Origin: Macrostomum lignano
Lineage: Eukaryota
Direction: 5' to 3'
NCBI GenBank assembly: GCA_002269645.1
Contig: NIVC01001824.1
Location: forward strand, 1 to 45,787
Length of the DNA stretch: 45,787 nucleotides
Shown piece after piece: positions 24,282-37,972 of this stretch (position 1 is the stretch's first letter; each line of letters begins with the position of its first letter). The translations under genes and the position numbers were made by a program. The notes under the pieces were generated by a model that made no database searches, had not been told where the DNA came from, and saw only the letters and a list, made by a program, of their open reading frames with translations.

Positions 24282-27200
24282 ATGGCAGCCAGTGCGGTCA
24301 ACATGAGCAGCACGGAGGCCAACTCAACCCAGAGCCCCGCCACCTACAACTGGGCCTACCTGTCACTCTACAGCATCCCGGCGCTGTCCGTCTGGGGCAA
24401 CGTGCTCGTCTGCGTGAGCGTGTTCGTTGAGTCCCGCCTGCGCAGCCGCTTCAACTCCTTCCTGGTGTCCCTGGCCATCAGTGACCTGCTGTGCGCCGTG
24501 CTGGTGATGCCAGTCTCCGCGTTCAAGATGATTCACGGTGAGCAGGCGGGGACGGCCAGCGATTCCCCTGTGAGCAGGATTGACGTCGAGGAACAAATCG
24601 AATTTGTAGAGAGGAAGATTGAAGGAAATTATAGGCTCCGACTAGATTTAATTAAATTTTCGAGATTTTCCATTATAAACCGGAGAAATCGCCAGCAGCA
24701 AAGCTTTAGGCAACAAAGGCAAGATGTGTTTCCAACCCAATTTTCAGAGACAGCTAGCATTGAGTGAAATTAAATTCACATTCGACATCCCGTGATTTCT
24801 TTGAGCTCGCTCACGGTGACGTGTTAGCCCACTAGGCTTAGGCCACAGACGCTAAAGTATTTAGATGGGCCAATAGCAACACATTTGCGTGTAAACTACT
24901 TTCAATTCAGTAGAAAGTTAGGGGTCGTTTCACAGACCAGAATTTTCACAATGTCGAAACTGTTGTTCATAAGCTCAAAATTTCCCAACACCGAAATTTA
25001 AAAACATCGAAAACCCTAGCAAGCCATTGTGACATTGTGAAATTTCAGGTTTATGAAGCGCCCCGATAGTTACATGTAAACTGAAGCATTTTGTTGTACA
25101 TGTTTTTAAAAAAATGCTCATTTATTGGCCACCCCTCTAACTGCGTCATTCCACACAAAACCCCCGCCAGGCCGCCCAATTTTTATTGCCTTTCTTGGTT
25201 GATCCAGCGTAAGCTGGTCCAATGTACATTTCAGTGGCGTTGGCTAATGTACATTATTACGACTGAACCAATCAGCAAGTTGTTTTCGTCTGCAAGCTTG
25301 TTGGGCTTCTAAACTTATCAAAGTAATTTCAGCTGCCTTTATTTTTATAAAATAGCTTATGTATTCTTCTTTGCTACTGAACTGAAAGAAGAAAGCTGTT
25401 TTACTAGGCTAGCGACCGGGCGGCTCTCTCGTACGTGCATATAGGATTACATATGCATCTAAAAAGCATTCCCAATTTTAAATATTATTACTGCTAGCAA
25501 ACGACACCTCTGCAACTCACACTTGTGACCAAGCATGCCAGCACATGGCGCTCTCCCGCTAGCAGTTGAAGCGGCGCCACTCAGCGCCCCGCCTGTCCAT
25601 CTGCGCCTGCATTTGGCTGGACTGAAATTCCAATTATTAAAGCCGATCCCCGCTCCGGCCTAATCCCCAGCAGCATGGCTTGGCCGGTGCTTCGGCCTCG
25701 AGTGAGGGATAAAAATCGAAATGAAACACGAATGTGCTGGGATCTGTGCTCGTACGGGTTCCCGTCCCGAATCCCGATGTTGGGATAAAAATTACCATTC
25801 AGAGAAGAGTTTCTTAGAGATCACTTTTGAGATTGTCTACAGCTTATAGAGTAGTTTGTGATGGTCGTTAGAGAGCTGAAAGTGCAAGATTTTTATCCCA
25901 ATAATTCCAATGATCCCAATTAGATCTCAATGGATTCAGCGATCCCAGTGATCCCAATACGCTCGTAATCCCCATGGTCCCAAAAATCCAAATTATCCCA
26001 ATGATCCCAATTATCCCAATTATCCCAATGATCCCAATGATCCCAATAATCCCAATTATCCCAATTATCCCAATGATCCCAATTATCCCAATTATCCCAA
26101 AAATCCCAATTATCCCAATTATCCCAATTATCCCAATTATCCCAATGATTCCAATTATCCCAATTATCCCAATTATCCCAATTATCCCAATGATCCCAAT
26201 TATCCCAATTATCCCAATGATCCCAATTATCCGAATGCTCCCAATTATCCGAATGCTCCCAATTATCCGAATGCTCCCAATTATCCCAATGATCCCAATT
26301 ATCCCAATGATCCCCAACGATCCCAATGATTCCAATTATCCCAATGATCCCAATTATCTCAATGAGCCCAATGATCCCAGTGATCCCCAACGATCCTAAT
26401 GATACCACTGATCCCAATAATCCCCATGATCCCAGTGATCCCAATAATCCCCATGGTCCCAATGATCCCAATTATCCCAATTATCCCAATCATCCCAATG
26501 ATCCCAATTATCCCAATGATCCTAATTATCCCAATGATCCCAGTGATTCCAATGATCCCAATTATTCCAATGATCCTAATTATCCCAATGATCCCAATTA
26601 TCACAATTATCACAATGATCCTAATGATATAGAATCTTGAACAAGGTGAACTGTGTTTCAATGGTGTACTTTAAAGATATGGAATTTCTTGGGCTATGTA
26701 ACGCAGAGCGGAATATCGTCACTCAGTCCCCCAGCCCCCCCCCCCAGTTGCCAGGGCGCGCTTCTGACAGGGTTAGGGCAGCCTCGGCTCCTGTAAAAAA
26801 ATCTGTTTAGCAGCGAAGCGATATTCAGGGCCGGGAGCTGCGTATGCATTGGCAGAGGTTGGGACTGAGCAGTGAGCAGTGATTCGAGCCGCCCCAACTC
26901 CGCTATTCACTGGCCTTCCGGCAGATATTGGAGTATATATAGGCGCCTGACGACTTTAATTAAGGCTTAGCGCCTCTCTTTCCCCCCTCTCTTCTCTATT
27001 TCTGTTCGCCGCATGAGAGCGGCTGTGAGTGCGGGAGAGTGAAAGCTGGGCCCGGGTCCTCACATCTGGGGCAATTAGCCTGCTGACTATGAAACTAACA
27101 CTGTGCTCCTCCTATCCAAAACAGCAGCCTCTCCTTAAAGGCCGCCCCATGGCAACCTACTTGAGTCAGATGAAGCCATGCGCAGAATCCTTTATTCTAT

Positions 27201-30200
27201 TCGATCCACCGGACTGTCGGCACGCAAAGGATGACCTTGCCAAGATTTTCCAGCGCTTTGCCCAGCAAGAGTTTCCACCTTAAAATCTTGCTTGATCGGT
27301 TCAAACGGTTCTGGATTGACCGAATTGGCAAAGGGTTGCAAAGCGAGAGGTGGCCACTTCACGTTCAAACAGACCAGTGTGAGCGAGTGATTGAGTACTT
27401 CAGGGGAATTCAAGCAAAAATCCCAATCGAGGTCAGGACGAAAGTCCCAAAGATATCTCGGTGGCTATCATGAGTCGAATTGTCACGACTAAAAGAAGTG
27501 AGATGAAAAACTCGAAAAACTCGATCCCTTAAGGAACTGACGGTGTGCTCAGAGACTAGGAGACAATGACTGCATGCTGTGTATGGCTGACGGTGTGCTC
27601 AGAGACTAGGAGACAATGACTGCATGCTGTGTATGGCTGACGGTGTGCTCAGAGACTAGGAGACACTGACTGCATGCTGTGTATGGCTGACGGTGTGCTC
27701 AGAGACTAGGAGACACTGACTGCATGCTGTGTATGGCTGACGGTGTGCTCAGAGACTAGGAGACACTGACTGCATGCTGTGTATGGCTGACGGTGTGCTC
27801 AGAGACTAGGAGACAATGACTGCATGCTGTGTATGGCTGACGGTGTGCTCAGAGACTAGGAGACACTGACTGCATGCTGTGTATGGCTGACGGTGTGCTC
27901 AGAGACTAGGAGACAATGACTGCATGCTGTGTATGGCTGTCGGTGTGCTCAGAGACTAGAGACTGACAGCGTCCTGAAGCCCCTTAATCATCTGCAGCGC
28001 GATGCTTTATTCCGTGAGTCCAGCTCAGCCTAAAAAAGTGGCAAGTGGACCTGAAGCCACCCAGCGCACTTGTCCCGCAGCACGAAAAAAAGTGTTCAAA
28101 TTTTCCGCCTATATTTCTGCTATAGTCGGGGCGGCATTAATTAATGCTCGGGCTGGTCACCCAGCAGCTGCGGGGGGGGGGCTGACTCCCGAGTCGAGGG
28201 AAATCGAAAGATCAGACTCTGTTTTTCTCTTGCGGCGAGCGTTCAGCTGGGTTCATTTGAGATACCCCGGCGCAGGGCGATCAGCAAGGCAAAGATTGAT
28301 AAGAGCCAGCAGGACAGGAGCCCTCAGCGGCGCAGTGATTGCACACTGGACCGGACCTGATGAAGAAGTAACTCCGCTTTTTGAGTCCGACGTTCATTCT
28401 TAGCCGCATCTAATTTATTATTCAGCTTTCCCAGCCTCTCTATAGCTCACTTTTGCATGCTGTACTTTATAAGCGTAGTATAGACAGCTGTGGAACTCTG
28501 GGCCCTCATTGAAGTATGATATATTTATTTAGCACAGCACAGCACAACACAGCACAGCACAGCACAACACAACACAGCACAGCACAACACAGCACAACAC
28601 AGCACAACACAGCACAGCACAGCACAACACAACACAGCACAGCACAACACAGCACAACACAACACAGCACAACACAACACAGCGTAACACAACACAGCAC
28701 AACACAACACAACACAACACAGCACAACACAGCACAGCACAGCACAGCACAACACAGCACAGCACAGCACAACACAACACAACACAGCACAACACAACAC
28801 AGCACAACACAGCACAGCACAGCACAACACAGCACAACACAACACAGCACAACACAGCACAGCACAGCACAACACAGCACAGCACAGCACAGCACAACAC
28901 AGCACAGCACAGCACAACACAACACAGCACAACACAGCACAACACAGCACAGCACAGCACAACACAGCACAACACAACACAGCACAACACAGCACAGCAC
29001 AGCACAACACAGCACAGCACAGCACAACACAACACAACACAGCACAGCACAACACAACACAGCACAGCACAGCACAACACAGCACAGCACAGCACAGCAC
29101 AGCACAGCACAGCACAGCACAGCACAACACAGCACAGCACAGCACAACAAAGTGATTGCTACGCACAAAGAAATCAGCAGGCAAAAAGAATCAAGAAAAT
29201 GAAGGAGGTAAATTAATGCAGACTTCAAGCCTTCCTGCCGTAATGAAATCTCTTGTCATCTTTGCAGGAAGTGAAAACTGCATTAATTAGCAATCCTGAT
29301 TATTAATTACCTTTTGATCTCCCCCTGGAGCCAATTTTCTTAATGCTCGCATCGTCATCGCATGTAAGTCTCACGATCCTCATGGTGCCATTTCTGTGTC
29401 CAAAAATTCAGAGAGAAAATTATCAATATTTTATCAACGCTCAAGACATTGTAGCTGATTTTTTGAGTGACAAAAAATCTCCCCCCCCCTTTTCATTCGC
29501 CTTTGATGGGCAGTTTGAACAATTTAATTCCCAGCAGGAAAGATTTCCCAGACAGGAAGGAGCTCGCATCGCGAATGCTGAGCTGCAGACATCCAGCATC
29601 CGATTAGGCCTCTGTGCCTCATCGCTATCAGGGACTCGGAAGGAGTGCTGAAAGCAGAGTGAGGCCAATCTGAGTCTGTCTGCTTCTAAGAAAACTGTTT
29701 TTGTAACACGCATTTAGACTCTCTCTCTCTCTAAATTTCTCTCTAAATTAGGGCTTCCTGCATCTCTGAGCGAAGGCCTAATTAGCTGCATTCGATCCAC
29801 TCGATTCTGACTTCCCACCCCTCCGCTACTCAGGTGGGATGAGCCGCATTCCGAGGAGCGTCTGCCTGGTCTGGTACAGCCTCGACGTGTTTTTCACCTC
29901 GTCAACGATAATACACCTGTGCACCATCTCCATTGACCGGTACTTCGCCCTGAACAATCCGCTTAAGTACCACCGGCAGAAGCGGAAGTCCGCACTGGTC
30001 GCCAAGATTCTGTGCGCCTGGCTCATCCCGTTCTCCATCGCCGGCCCGCTGTTCATGTTCGCCCTGTGGCTGGAAAAAACTGACGAGGACTCGTTCAAGG
30101 GCTGCGGGCCGCACAATGCCTACTTCATCATCATTGCCACCACCGTCACCTTCTACCTGCCCTTGCTGATCATGACTGTCACCTACGTTCTGACCGTGAG

Positions 30201-30299
30201 CACTATTATTGAGCAGACGAAGAACGCCCGCGATTTAAATGCCTCCCTGCTGCCGTTGGTCGTGAGGCCCAGCGCTCAGGCCTTCGGATTAAAGCAACT

Positions 30300-30358
<59 letters not shown>

Positions 30359-31314
30359 GGCGGAAGCAGCAGCTCGCTTCGAGCCGTCAGTCCAGCAGGG
30401 GCAGCGTGGCCAGTCCGTCCTCTGCGCTCAGAGCCGCCACCGCGTCTGGAACGTCGGCTTCGCCAATCGAGTCCAGCGGAAGCGGCCGCGGCGGCCTGGA
30501 AGCAACAACTCCGTCGTCCCGGCGCCGACTCCTATCGCCGTCACCGAGCAGGCGCGCGGCTGGGGCCTCACTGGAGCTGCCGCCGAGTCCCGGAAATTTA
30601 CGGCGACGCCATTCAGACAGGCAGCCGAGCGAGCTGCTGGTCGCCGGAGGCTCGCCGATGCGCATCGAGGCTGGTGCAGCGGCCGCTGACACCGCCGGCG
30701 GCTCTCCGGGCCAGCTCAGCCGCCGGCTTAGCCGCTCTGAGAACGGGCTGAGCAGCAGCGGCTTGGACGCCAACAATGACGTCTCCCGGCTGCTGCGGGT
30801 GCCCAGCCGGGTGTCGGTCTGCTCAGTGTACTCGGACGACGGCATGCTGCCGCCTGAGCAGGATCGAAAGCCTCGCAGGCGCAGCAACAGCCTCTCGAGC
30901 TGCAGCACCAGGAAGAAGCTCAGCTTCACTATTGTAACGGAGAACGCCAAGAAGACGTTCAAGCCGGAGACGAGCGAGCAGAAGAAGCGCATGGATTATA
31001 TTCACCGCGGCTCCAAGGCCGTGCAGGTGCTGGGCATTCTGTTCGGCCTGTTCGTCACCTGCTATCTGCCGTTCTTCATTGCTTATCTGGTTGATTATTT
31101 CTGCACGAGTTGCCAGGTGTACACTCCAACTGTAGTGCCCATACTGGAGTGGGTGGCCTACAGCGCCTCAATGTTCAATCCTATCGTGTATCACATATTC
31201 AACCCGACCTTCCGCAAGACCTTCCACCGATTGATGCGCTGCCAGTGCCAGCGCTACGGGTCCGGCAAACGGGCCAACTATGTGTTCTCGTACAAAATAG
31301 GCCGGCCGGCCTGA
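24282..31314 (+). CDS. Class A aminergic GPCR, 5-HT2-like serotonin receptor, ~578 aa, 2 coding exons
   Basis: Exons 24282-24537 (TM1 GN, TM2 LAISD; donor G|gtgagc, phase 1) and 29834-31314 (acceptor ctcag). TM3 VWYSLDVFFTSSTIIHLCTISIDRY carries Asp3.32 and the HLC pattern typical of 5-HT2 receptors; TM6 CYLPFF; TM7 NPIVY; long ICL3. The start Met is uncertain because an acceptor at 24233-24234 implies an upstream exon. Confidence 0.86.
25900..26630. repeat. Degenerate 9-bp minisatellite (atcccaat[t/g]) in the GPCR intron
   Basis: 9-nt periodicity with diverging ends. Confidence 0.93.
27538..27965. repeat. 50-bp minisatellite, ~8.5 copies (GPCR intron)
   Basis: cggtgtgctc recurs every 50 nt from 27541 to 27941. 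Confidence 0.96.
28531..29148. repeat. (CACAG/CACAA)n pentanucleotide array (GPCR intron)
   Basis: Mixed two-variant 5-mer run seen directly. Confidence 0.97.
30301..30357 (+). repeat. Coding (CAG)18CAA, 19-Gln tract in GPCR intracellular loop 3
   Basis: In frame within the 29834-31314 exon. Confidence 0.95.
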
Positions 31315-32286
31315 GCAAGCCATCTTCGAGAGGCTCTCCGAAACCAAACTACTGAGCAGTAGTACCTGCAGTTGAGTTCCAGTTCGTTTGCGAGAAAGTC
31401 TGCTGCCCTCGGCAAAGAGCGCACAGCCATTTTTGACCCGTCTGCGTTTCATCCTAATGAGCTACTCAGCCACTCCATTTGATTTTAACAAGCAAAAAGT
31501 CTACACTACTGGCACATCTTCAACCGTCTAGCTGTGTCGCACCGATGCACTCATGCTCTCGTGTTGCATAAAAACTATTCCACTTGTATCCTCGTATTTC
31601 GTGTACAGCAGCATCAGCTCCCATTCAGCGTTGAAATTCAGTGCAAGCTTGCCGGCAGAACGTATTTTTGATGTGTACTCATAAATTCTATGTTAGACTT
31701 ACAGTATGACACACTGCCTGCGGAGAGTGCTCACGCAGCGATACTGCTCTACAGCACTGTATTTGAATTCCTAAAATTGACTGGGCACAGGTTAATTAAA
31801 TGCGGGCGCGTGATAGTGATCTGCAGCGGATGAACGAAGCCCTTCACGGATAATCTGGCATGCAATGCCGTTGATTCTGGCCTGCGATAAAAATTTCCAT
31901 CCCAAATTCGCAGCCTCTCCAGGCAGCTGCAGCCTTCGAAAGCGAAGAATTCGTGCACTGGAAATCCAGTCGCATGGATACAATCATTTATTATTATGCA
32001 ATAACGATTCGATCGTGTAGCGGACCAGTTCAAAATATTTTCAACTCCAAAGCTGTTGCAAACTGACTGATGGCCTTCTTTCTATCAAGCCATTTTCCAC
32101 TCGATGCTGCAGCCTTGCGATGTATCGAATGGTTGGTTCGTTTGCAGTTCCAATAAACTATTAGTCACTGAATTGCTGGCACGCAGCTCGAACCAACAGC
32201 TTCTATATGCCATTGTAGTCTGGTAGAATATTGGACACGCTCTTATTTATTTCTCGTGTAAAGTTATTGATATTTTCTAATGACTC

Positions 32287-33468
32287 GCAGATTGTGTCAA
32301 TGGCTCAGCTCTGTCTCACTCTATTCCTCACCTCACCTTGGCTACCCTCTCCCAGATTGTGTCTATGGCTCAGCCCTCCTCACCTCACCTTGGCTACCCT
32401 CTCCCAGATTGTCTATGGCTCAGCCCTCCTCACCACACCTTGGCTACCCTCTCCCAGATTGTGTCTATGGCTCAGCTCTGTCTCACTCTATTCCTCACCT
32501 CACCTTGGCTACCCTCTCCCAGATTGTGTCTATGGCTCAGCCCTCCTCACCTCACCTTGGCTACCCTTTCCCAGATTGTGTCTATGGCTCAGCTCTGTCT
32601 CACTCTATTCCTCACCTCACCTTGGCTACCCTCTCCCAGATTGTGTCTATGGCTCAGCTCTGTCTCACTCTATTCCTCACCTCACTTTGGCTACCCTCTC
32701 CCAGATTGTGTCTATGGCTCAGCCCTCCTCACCTCACCTTGGCTACCCTCTCCCAGATTGTGTCTATGGCTCAGCTCTGTCTCACTCTATTCCTCACCTC
32801 ACCTTGGCTACCCTCTCCCAGATTGTGTCTATGGCTCAGCTCTGTCTCACTCTATTCCTCACCTCACCTTGGCTACCCTCTCCCAGATTGTGTCTATGGC
32901 TCAGCTCTGTCTCACTCTATTCCTCACCTCACCTTGGCTACCCTCTCCCAGATTGTGTCTATGGCTCAGCCCTCCTCACCTCACCTTGGCTACCCTCTCC
33001 CAGATTGTGTCTATGGCTCAGCTCTGTCTCACTCTATTCCTCACCTCACCTTGGCTACCCTCTCCCAGATTGTGTCAATGGCTCAGCTCTGTCTCACTCT
33101 ATTCCTCACCTCACCTTGGCTACCTTCTCCCAGATTGTGTCAATGGCTCAGCTCTGTCTCACTCTATTCCTCACCTCACCTTGGCTACCTTCTCCCAGAT
33201 TGTGTCAATGGCTCAGCTCTGTCTCACTCTATTCCTCACCTCACCTTGGCTACCTTCTCCCAGATTGTGTCAATGGCTCAGCTCTGTCTCACTCTATTCC
33301 TCACCTCACCTTGGCTACCTTCTCCCAGATTGTGTCTATGGCTCAGCTGTCTCTCGAATCCCCCACGTCACCTTGGCTACCCTCTCCCAGATTGTGTCAA
33401 TGGCTCAGCTGTCTCTCGAATCCCCCACGTCACCTTGGCTACCCTCTCCCAGATTGTGTCTATGGCTC
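32287..33468. repeat. 65/52-bp two-variant minisatellite, ~19 units
   Basis: cagattgtgtc(t/a)atggctcag recurs at 65-nt or 52-nt spacing. Confidence 0.95.
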
Positions 33469-34426
33469 ATATTTTACCCTACTTCTCACCTCACCTTAAC
33501 TACCCTTCCATATTGTCATTGCTGAGCTCCGACCACCTCCAGAAGCGAGTGAGATGATATATAACTATACACACATCAGTTCTATGGAGTTGCTACACAA
33601 GACACTACGATGTATGCCTAGGAGTATGCATAAGAGTGTAGCACTGTAGCACTGGTAGAATATTGGACACGCTCTCACTTCTTCAAGAGCTTGCAAACCG
33701 GATTAACATCCGGGACGGACAATCGCGAAAAATGGCTTTGAAAAAGAGAATGGCCTTTAATCTGCTAATGGAATGCCTAAAACGATTGCTAGAAGGCATG
33801 CATTTGTACAATGCACAGGCGCGGGAAAGCGAGTGCAAGCAAGATCTACTATACGGATTTTTCGCTTCGAGAAATGATTTGCAAGCAAGTTGCTACCGAC
33901 ACGTCCAGCACTTTTCTAGAGACCGACAGCTCCTTAACAGCCAATCAATACTTGTAGAAAGGGCAACGGGTCACACGGCATACTGCAGCTAGGATTAGTG
34001 ATCGTCATTGGGAAAAGTAGAACCACCACTTAAGCAGGTGCTAATAGCACTTGAATAGGACCGGCTCAATAGCTGTACGAGCTATCGTAGATATTTATTA
34101 ATTTTTACAAACACTTGTACCTGCCTCTACAGCTTGTAACTATGGCACATAAGGCTATACTCGAAGAACTGCCCGTCATTCGACTTGGGGATTAATAAAA
34201 AATGGTTTCGTTATTAATTTTAGTGCGACTCTGTCAGTGTGTAAAGATGAATAGACAATCAATTATTTCTTGGTCTTGCTAGCTGTGACGGACCGGGAGG
34301 TGCTTATCACCTCTCGAATGGCAAGAGAGCAAAGTTTTTCCAAGGTGGATATGAACCTTATCCATGATTTATTTTTTTCTAACTGACTGCACTTGTCTCT
34401 TCCGATTTTGTCTATGGCAAAACTCA

Positions 34427-35346
34427 CTTGACTGTCAGCCAATTTTTACTGTCAGTGACTCGACTGTCAGTGACTTGACTGTCAGCCAATATTTACTGTC
34501 AGTGACTTAACTATCAGCCAATTTTTACTGTCAGTGACTTAACTATCAGCCAATTTTTACTGTCAGTGACTTGACTGTCAGTGACTTAACTATCAGCCAA
34601 TTTTTACTGTCAGTGACTTGACTGTCAGTGACTTAACTATCAGCCAATTTTACTGTCAGTGACTTGACTGTCAGTGACTTAACTATCAGCCAATTTTTAC
34701 TGTCAGTGACTTGACTGTCAGTGACTTAACTATCAGCCAATTTTACTGTCAGTGACTTGACTGTCAGTGACTTAACTATCAGCCAATTTTTACTGTCAGT
34801 GACTTGACTGTCAGTGACTTAACTATCAGCCAATTTTACTGTCAGTGACTTGACTGTCAGTGACTTAACTATCAGCCAATTTTTACTGTCAGTGACTTGA
34901 CTGTCAGTGACTTAACTATCAGCCAATTTTACTGTCAGTGACTTGACTGTCAGTGACTTAACTATCAGCCAATTTTTACTGTCAGTGACTTGACTGTCAG
35001 TGACTTAACTATCAGCCAATTTTACTGTCAGTGACTTGACTGTCAGTGACTTAACTATCAGCCAATTTTTACTGTCAGTGACTTGACTGTCAGTGACTTA
35101 ACTATCAGCCAATTTTTACTGTCAGTGACTTGACTGTCAGTGACTTAACTATCAGCCAATTTTTACTGTCAGTGACTTGACTGTCAGTGACTTAACTATC
35201 AGCCAATTTTACTGTCAGTGACTTGACTGTCAGTGACTTAACTATCAGCCAATTTTTACTGTCAGTGACTTGACTGTCAGTGACTTAACTATCAGCCAAT
35301 TTTTACTGTCAGTGACTTGACTGTCAGTGACTTGACTGTAAGCCAA
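34427..35346. repeat. 46/47-bp higher-order minisatellite built from ~15-bp subunits
   Basis: Unit actgtcagtgacttg-actgtcagtgactta-actatcagccaatttt(t). Confidence 0.95.
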
Positions 35347-35783
35347 TTAATGAAGCTAAAAATGACATTAGAGATTCAAATAAATTTTGAACGCAAATTT
35401 GTCAAACACACACATAGCTGGCCTGGTTTATTTTGCATGCAGGAGCAGATAATATAATTAGAATAAATAATAAAAAGGACAACGAGACGGCTGTTTATCA
35501 CAGGAAAATTTTGCGGGTGCTTGAACTAAGTTGCAGAGGCGAGTGTTTATAAAAAGGACAGCATGTACTTTTGAAAAATACGAGCTTATTAGAATGACAT
35601 TGTGGAGTACTAAACAGAATATGCTGAATTGCAGTAATAATATGTGTACGAAAGTTGCACACATTTCTGATTGGCGAATTTCTTAGCTTTGGCAGGAAAA
35701 GCACTAAGGCGGAAGCAATGAGCTTAGCGAATGAGTTGTTCGCCAAGAAGTAGCACCGATTATAATGTCTAAGTATGCAGTAG

Positions 35784-37972
35784 GGGTCTGGCTGAGCGGG
35801 TCACTGAGTCACTGCGAATGGGTCTAGCTGAGCGGGTCACTGAGTCACTGCGAATGGGTCTAGCTGAGCAGGTCACTGAGTCACTGAGGATGGGTCTAGC
35901 TGAGCGAGTCACCGAGTCACTGCGAATGGGTCTGGCTGAGCGGGTCACTGAGTCACTGCGAATGGGTCTGGCTGAGCAGGTCACCGAGTCACTGCGAATG
36001 GGTCTGGCTGAGCGGGTCACTGAGTCACTGCGAATGGGTCTAGCTGAGCGGGTCACTGAGTCACTGCGAATGGGTCTAGCTGAGCAGGTCACTGAGTCAC
36101 TGAGGATGGGTCTGGCTGAGCAGGTCACCGAGTCACTGCGAATGGGTCTGGCTGAGCGGGTCACTGAGTCACTGCGGATGAGTCTAGCTGAGCGGGTCAC
36201 TGAGTCACTGCGAATGGGTCTAGCTGAGCGGGTCACTAAGTCACTGCGAATGGGTCTGGCTGAGCGGGTCACTGAGTCACTGCGAATGGGTCTGGCTGAG
36301 CGGGTCACTGAGTCACTGCGGATGAGTCTAGCTGAGCGGGTCACTGAGTCACTGCGAATGGGTCTAGCTGAGCGGGTCACTGAGTCACTGCGAATGGGTC
36401 TAGCTGAGCGGGTCACTGAGTCACTGCGAATGGGTCTAGCTGAGCAGGTCACTGAGTCACTGAGGATGGGTCTAGCTGAGCGAGTCACCGAGTCACTGCG
36501 AATGGGTCTGGCTGAGCGGGTCACTGAGTCACTGCGAATGGGTCTGGCTGAGCGGGTCACTGAGTCACTGCGGATGAGTCTAGCTGAGCGGGTCACTGAG
36601 TCACTGCGAATGGGTCTAGCTGAGCGGGTCACTGAGTCACTGCGAATGGGTCTAGCTGAGCGGGTCACTGAGTCACTGCGAATGGGTCTAGCTGAGCAGG
36701 TCACTGAGTCACTGCGAATGGGTCTAGCTGAGCAGGTCACTGAGTCACTGAGGATGGGTCTAGCTGAGCGAGTCACCGAGTCACTGCGAATGGGTCTAGC
36801 TGAGCGGGTCACCGAGTCACTGCGAATGGGTCTGGCTGAGCGGGTCACTGAGTCACTGCGAATGGGTCTGGCTGAGCAGGTCACTGAGTCACTGCGAATG
36901 GGTCTAGCTGAGCGGGTCACTGAGTCACTGCGGATGAGTCTAGCTGAGCGGGTCACTGAGTCACTGCGAATGGGTCTGGCTGAGCAGGTCAGTGAGTCAC
37001 TGCAAATGGGTCTAGCTGAGCGGGTCACTGAGTCACTGCGGATGAGTCTAGCTAAGCGGGTCACTGAGTCACTGCGAATGAGTCTAGCTGAGCGGGTCAC
37101 TGAGTCACTGCGAATGAGTCTAGCTGAGCGGGTCACTGAGTCACTGAGGATGGGTCTAGCTGAGCGAGTCACCGAGTCACTGCGAATGGGTCTAGCTGAG
37201 CGGGTCACTGAGTCACTGCGAATGGGTCTGGCTGAGCGGGTCACTGAGTCACTGCGAATGGGTCTGGCTGAGCGGGTCACTGAGTCACTGCGAATGGGTC
37301 TGGCTGAGCGGGTCACTGAGTCACTGCGAATGGGTCTGGCTGAGTGGGTCACTGAGTCACTGCGAATGGGTCTAGCTGAGCAGGTCACTGAGTCACTGCG
37401 AATGGGTCTGGCTGAGCGGGTCACTGAGTCACTGCGAATGGGTCTGGCTGAGTGGGTCACTGAGTCACTGCGAATGGGTCTGGCTGAGTGGGTCACTGAG
37501 TCACTGCGAATGGGTCTGGCTGAGCAGTTCACTGAGTCACTGCGAATGGGTCTGGCTGAGCGGGTCACTGAGTCACTGCGAATGGGTCTGGCTGAGCGGG
37601 TCACTGAGTCACTGCGGATGAGTCTAGCTGAGCGGGTCACTGAGTCACTGCGAATGGGTCTAGCTGAGCGGGTCACTGAGTCACTGCGAATGGGTCTGGC
37701 TGAGCAGTTCACTGAGTCACTGCGAATGGGTCTGGCTGAGCGGGTCACTGAGTCACTGCGAATGGGTCTGGCTGAGCGGGTCACTGAGTCACTGCGGATG
37801 AGTCTAGCTGAGCGGGTCACTGAGTCACTGCGAATGGGTCTAGCTGAGCGGGTCACTGAGTCACTGCGAATGGGTCTAGCTGAGCAGGTCACTGAGTCAC
37901 TGCGAATGGGTCTAGCTGAGCAGGTCACTGAGTCACTGCGAATGGGTCTAGCTGAGCAGGTCACTGAGTCAC
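35784..37972. repeat. 36-bp minisatellite, ~61 copies
   Basis: Unit gggtctagctgagcgggtcactgagtcactgcgaat, with no indels across the array. Confidence 0.97.

Noticed and set aside
26697-27473. LTR-like segment (TGTAAC start, TATATATA, CT-rich tract) and short ORFs 27029-27473
   Set aside because: No matching CA end with a TSD, no clear primer-binding site, no second LTR and no recognisable retroelement domain.
33663-33992. 109-codon plus-strand ORF
   Set aside because: Non-ATG start, no recognisable motif and no convincing splice sites. A BLASTP/HMM search would be needed to rescue it.
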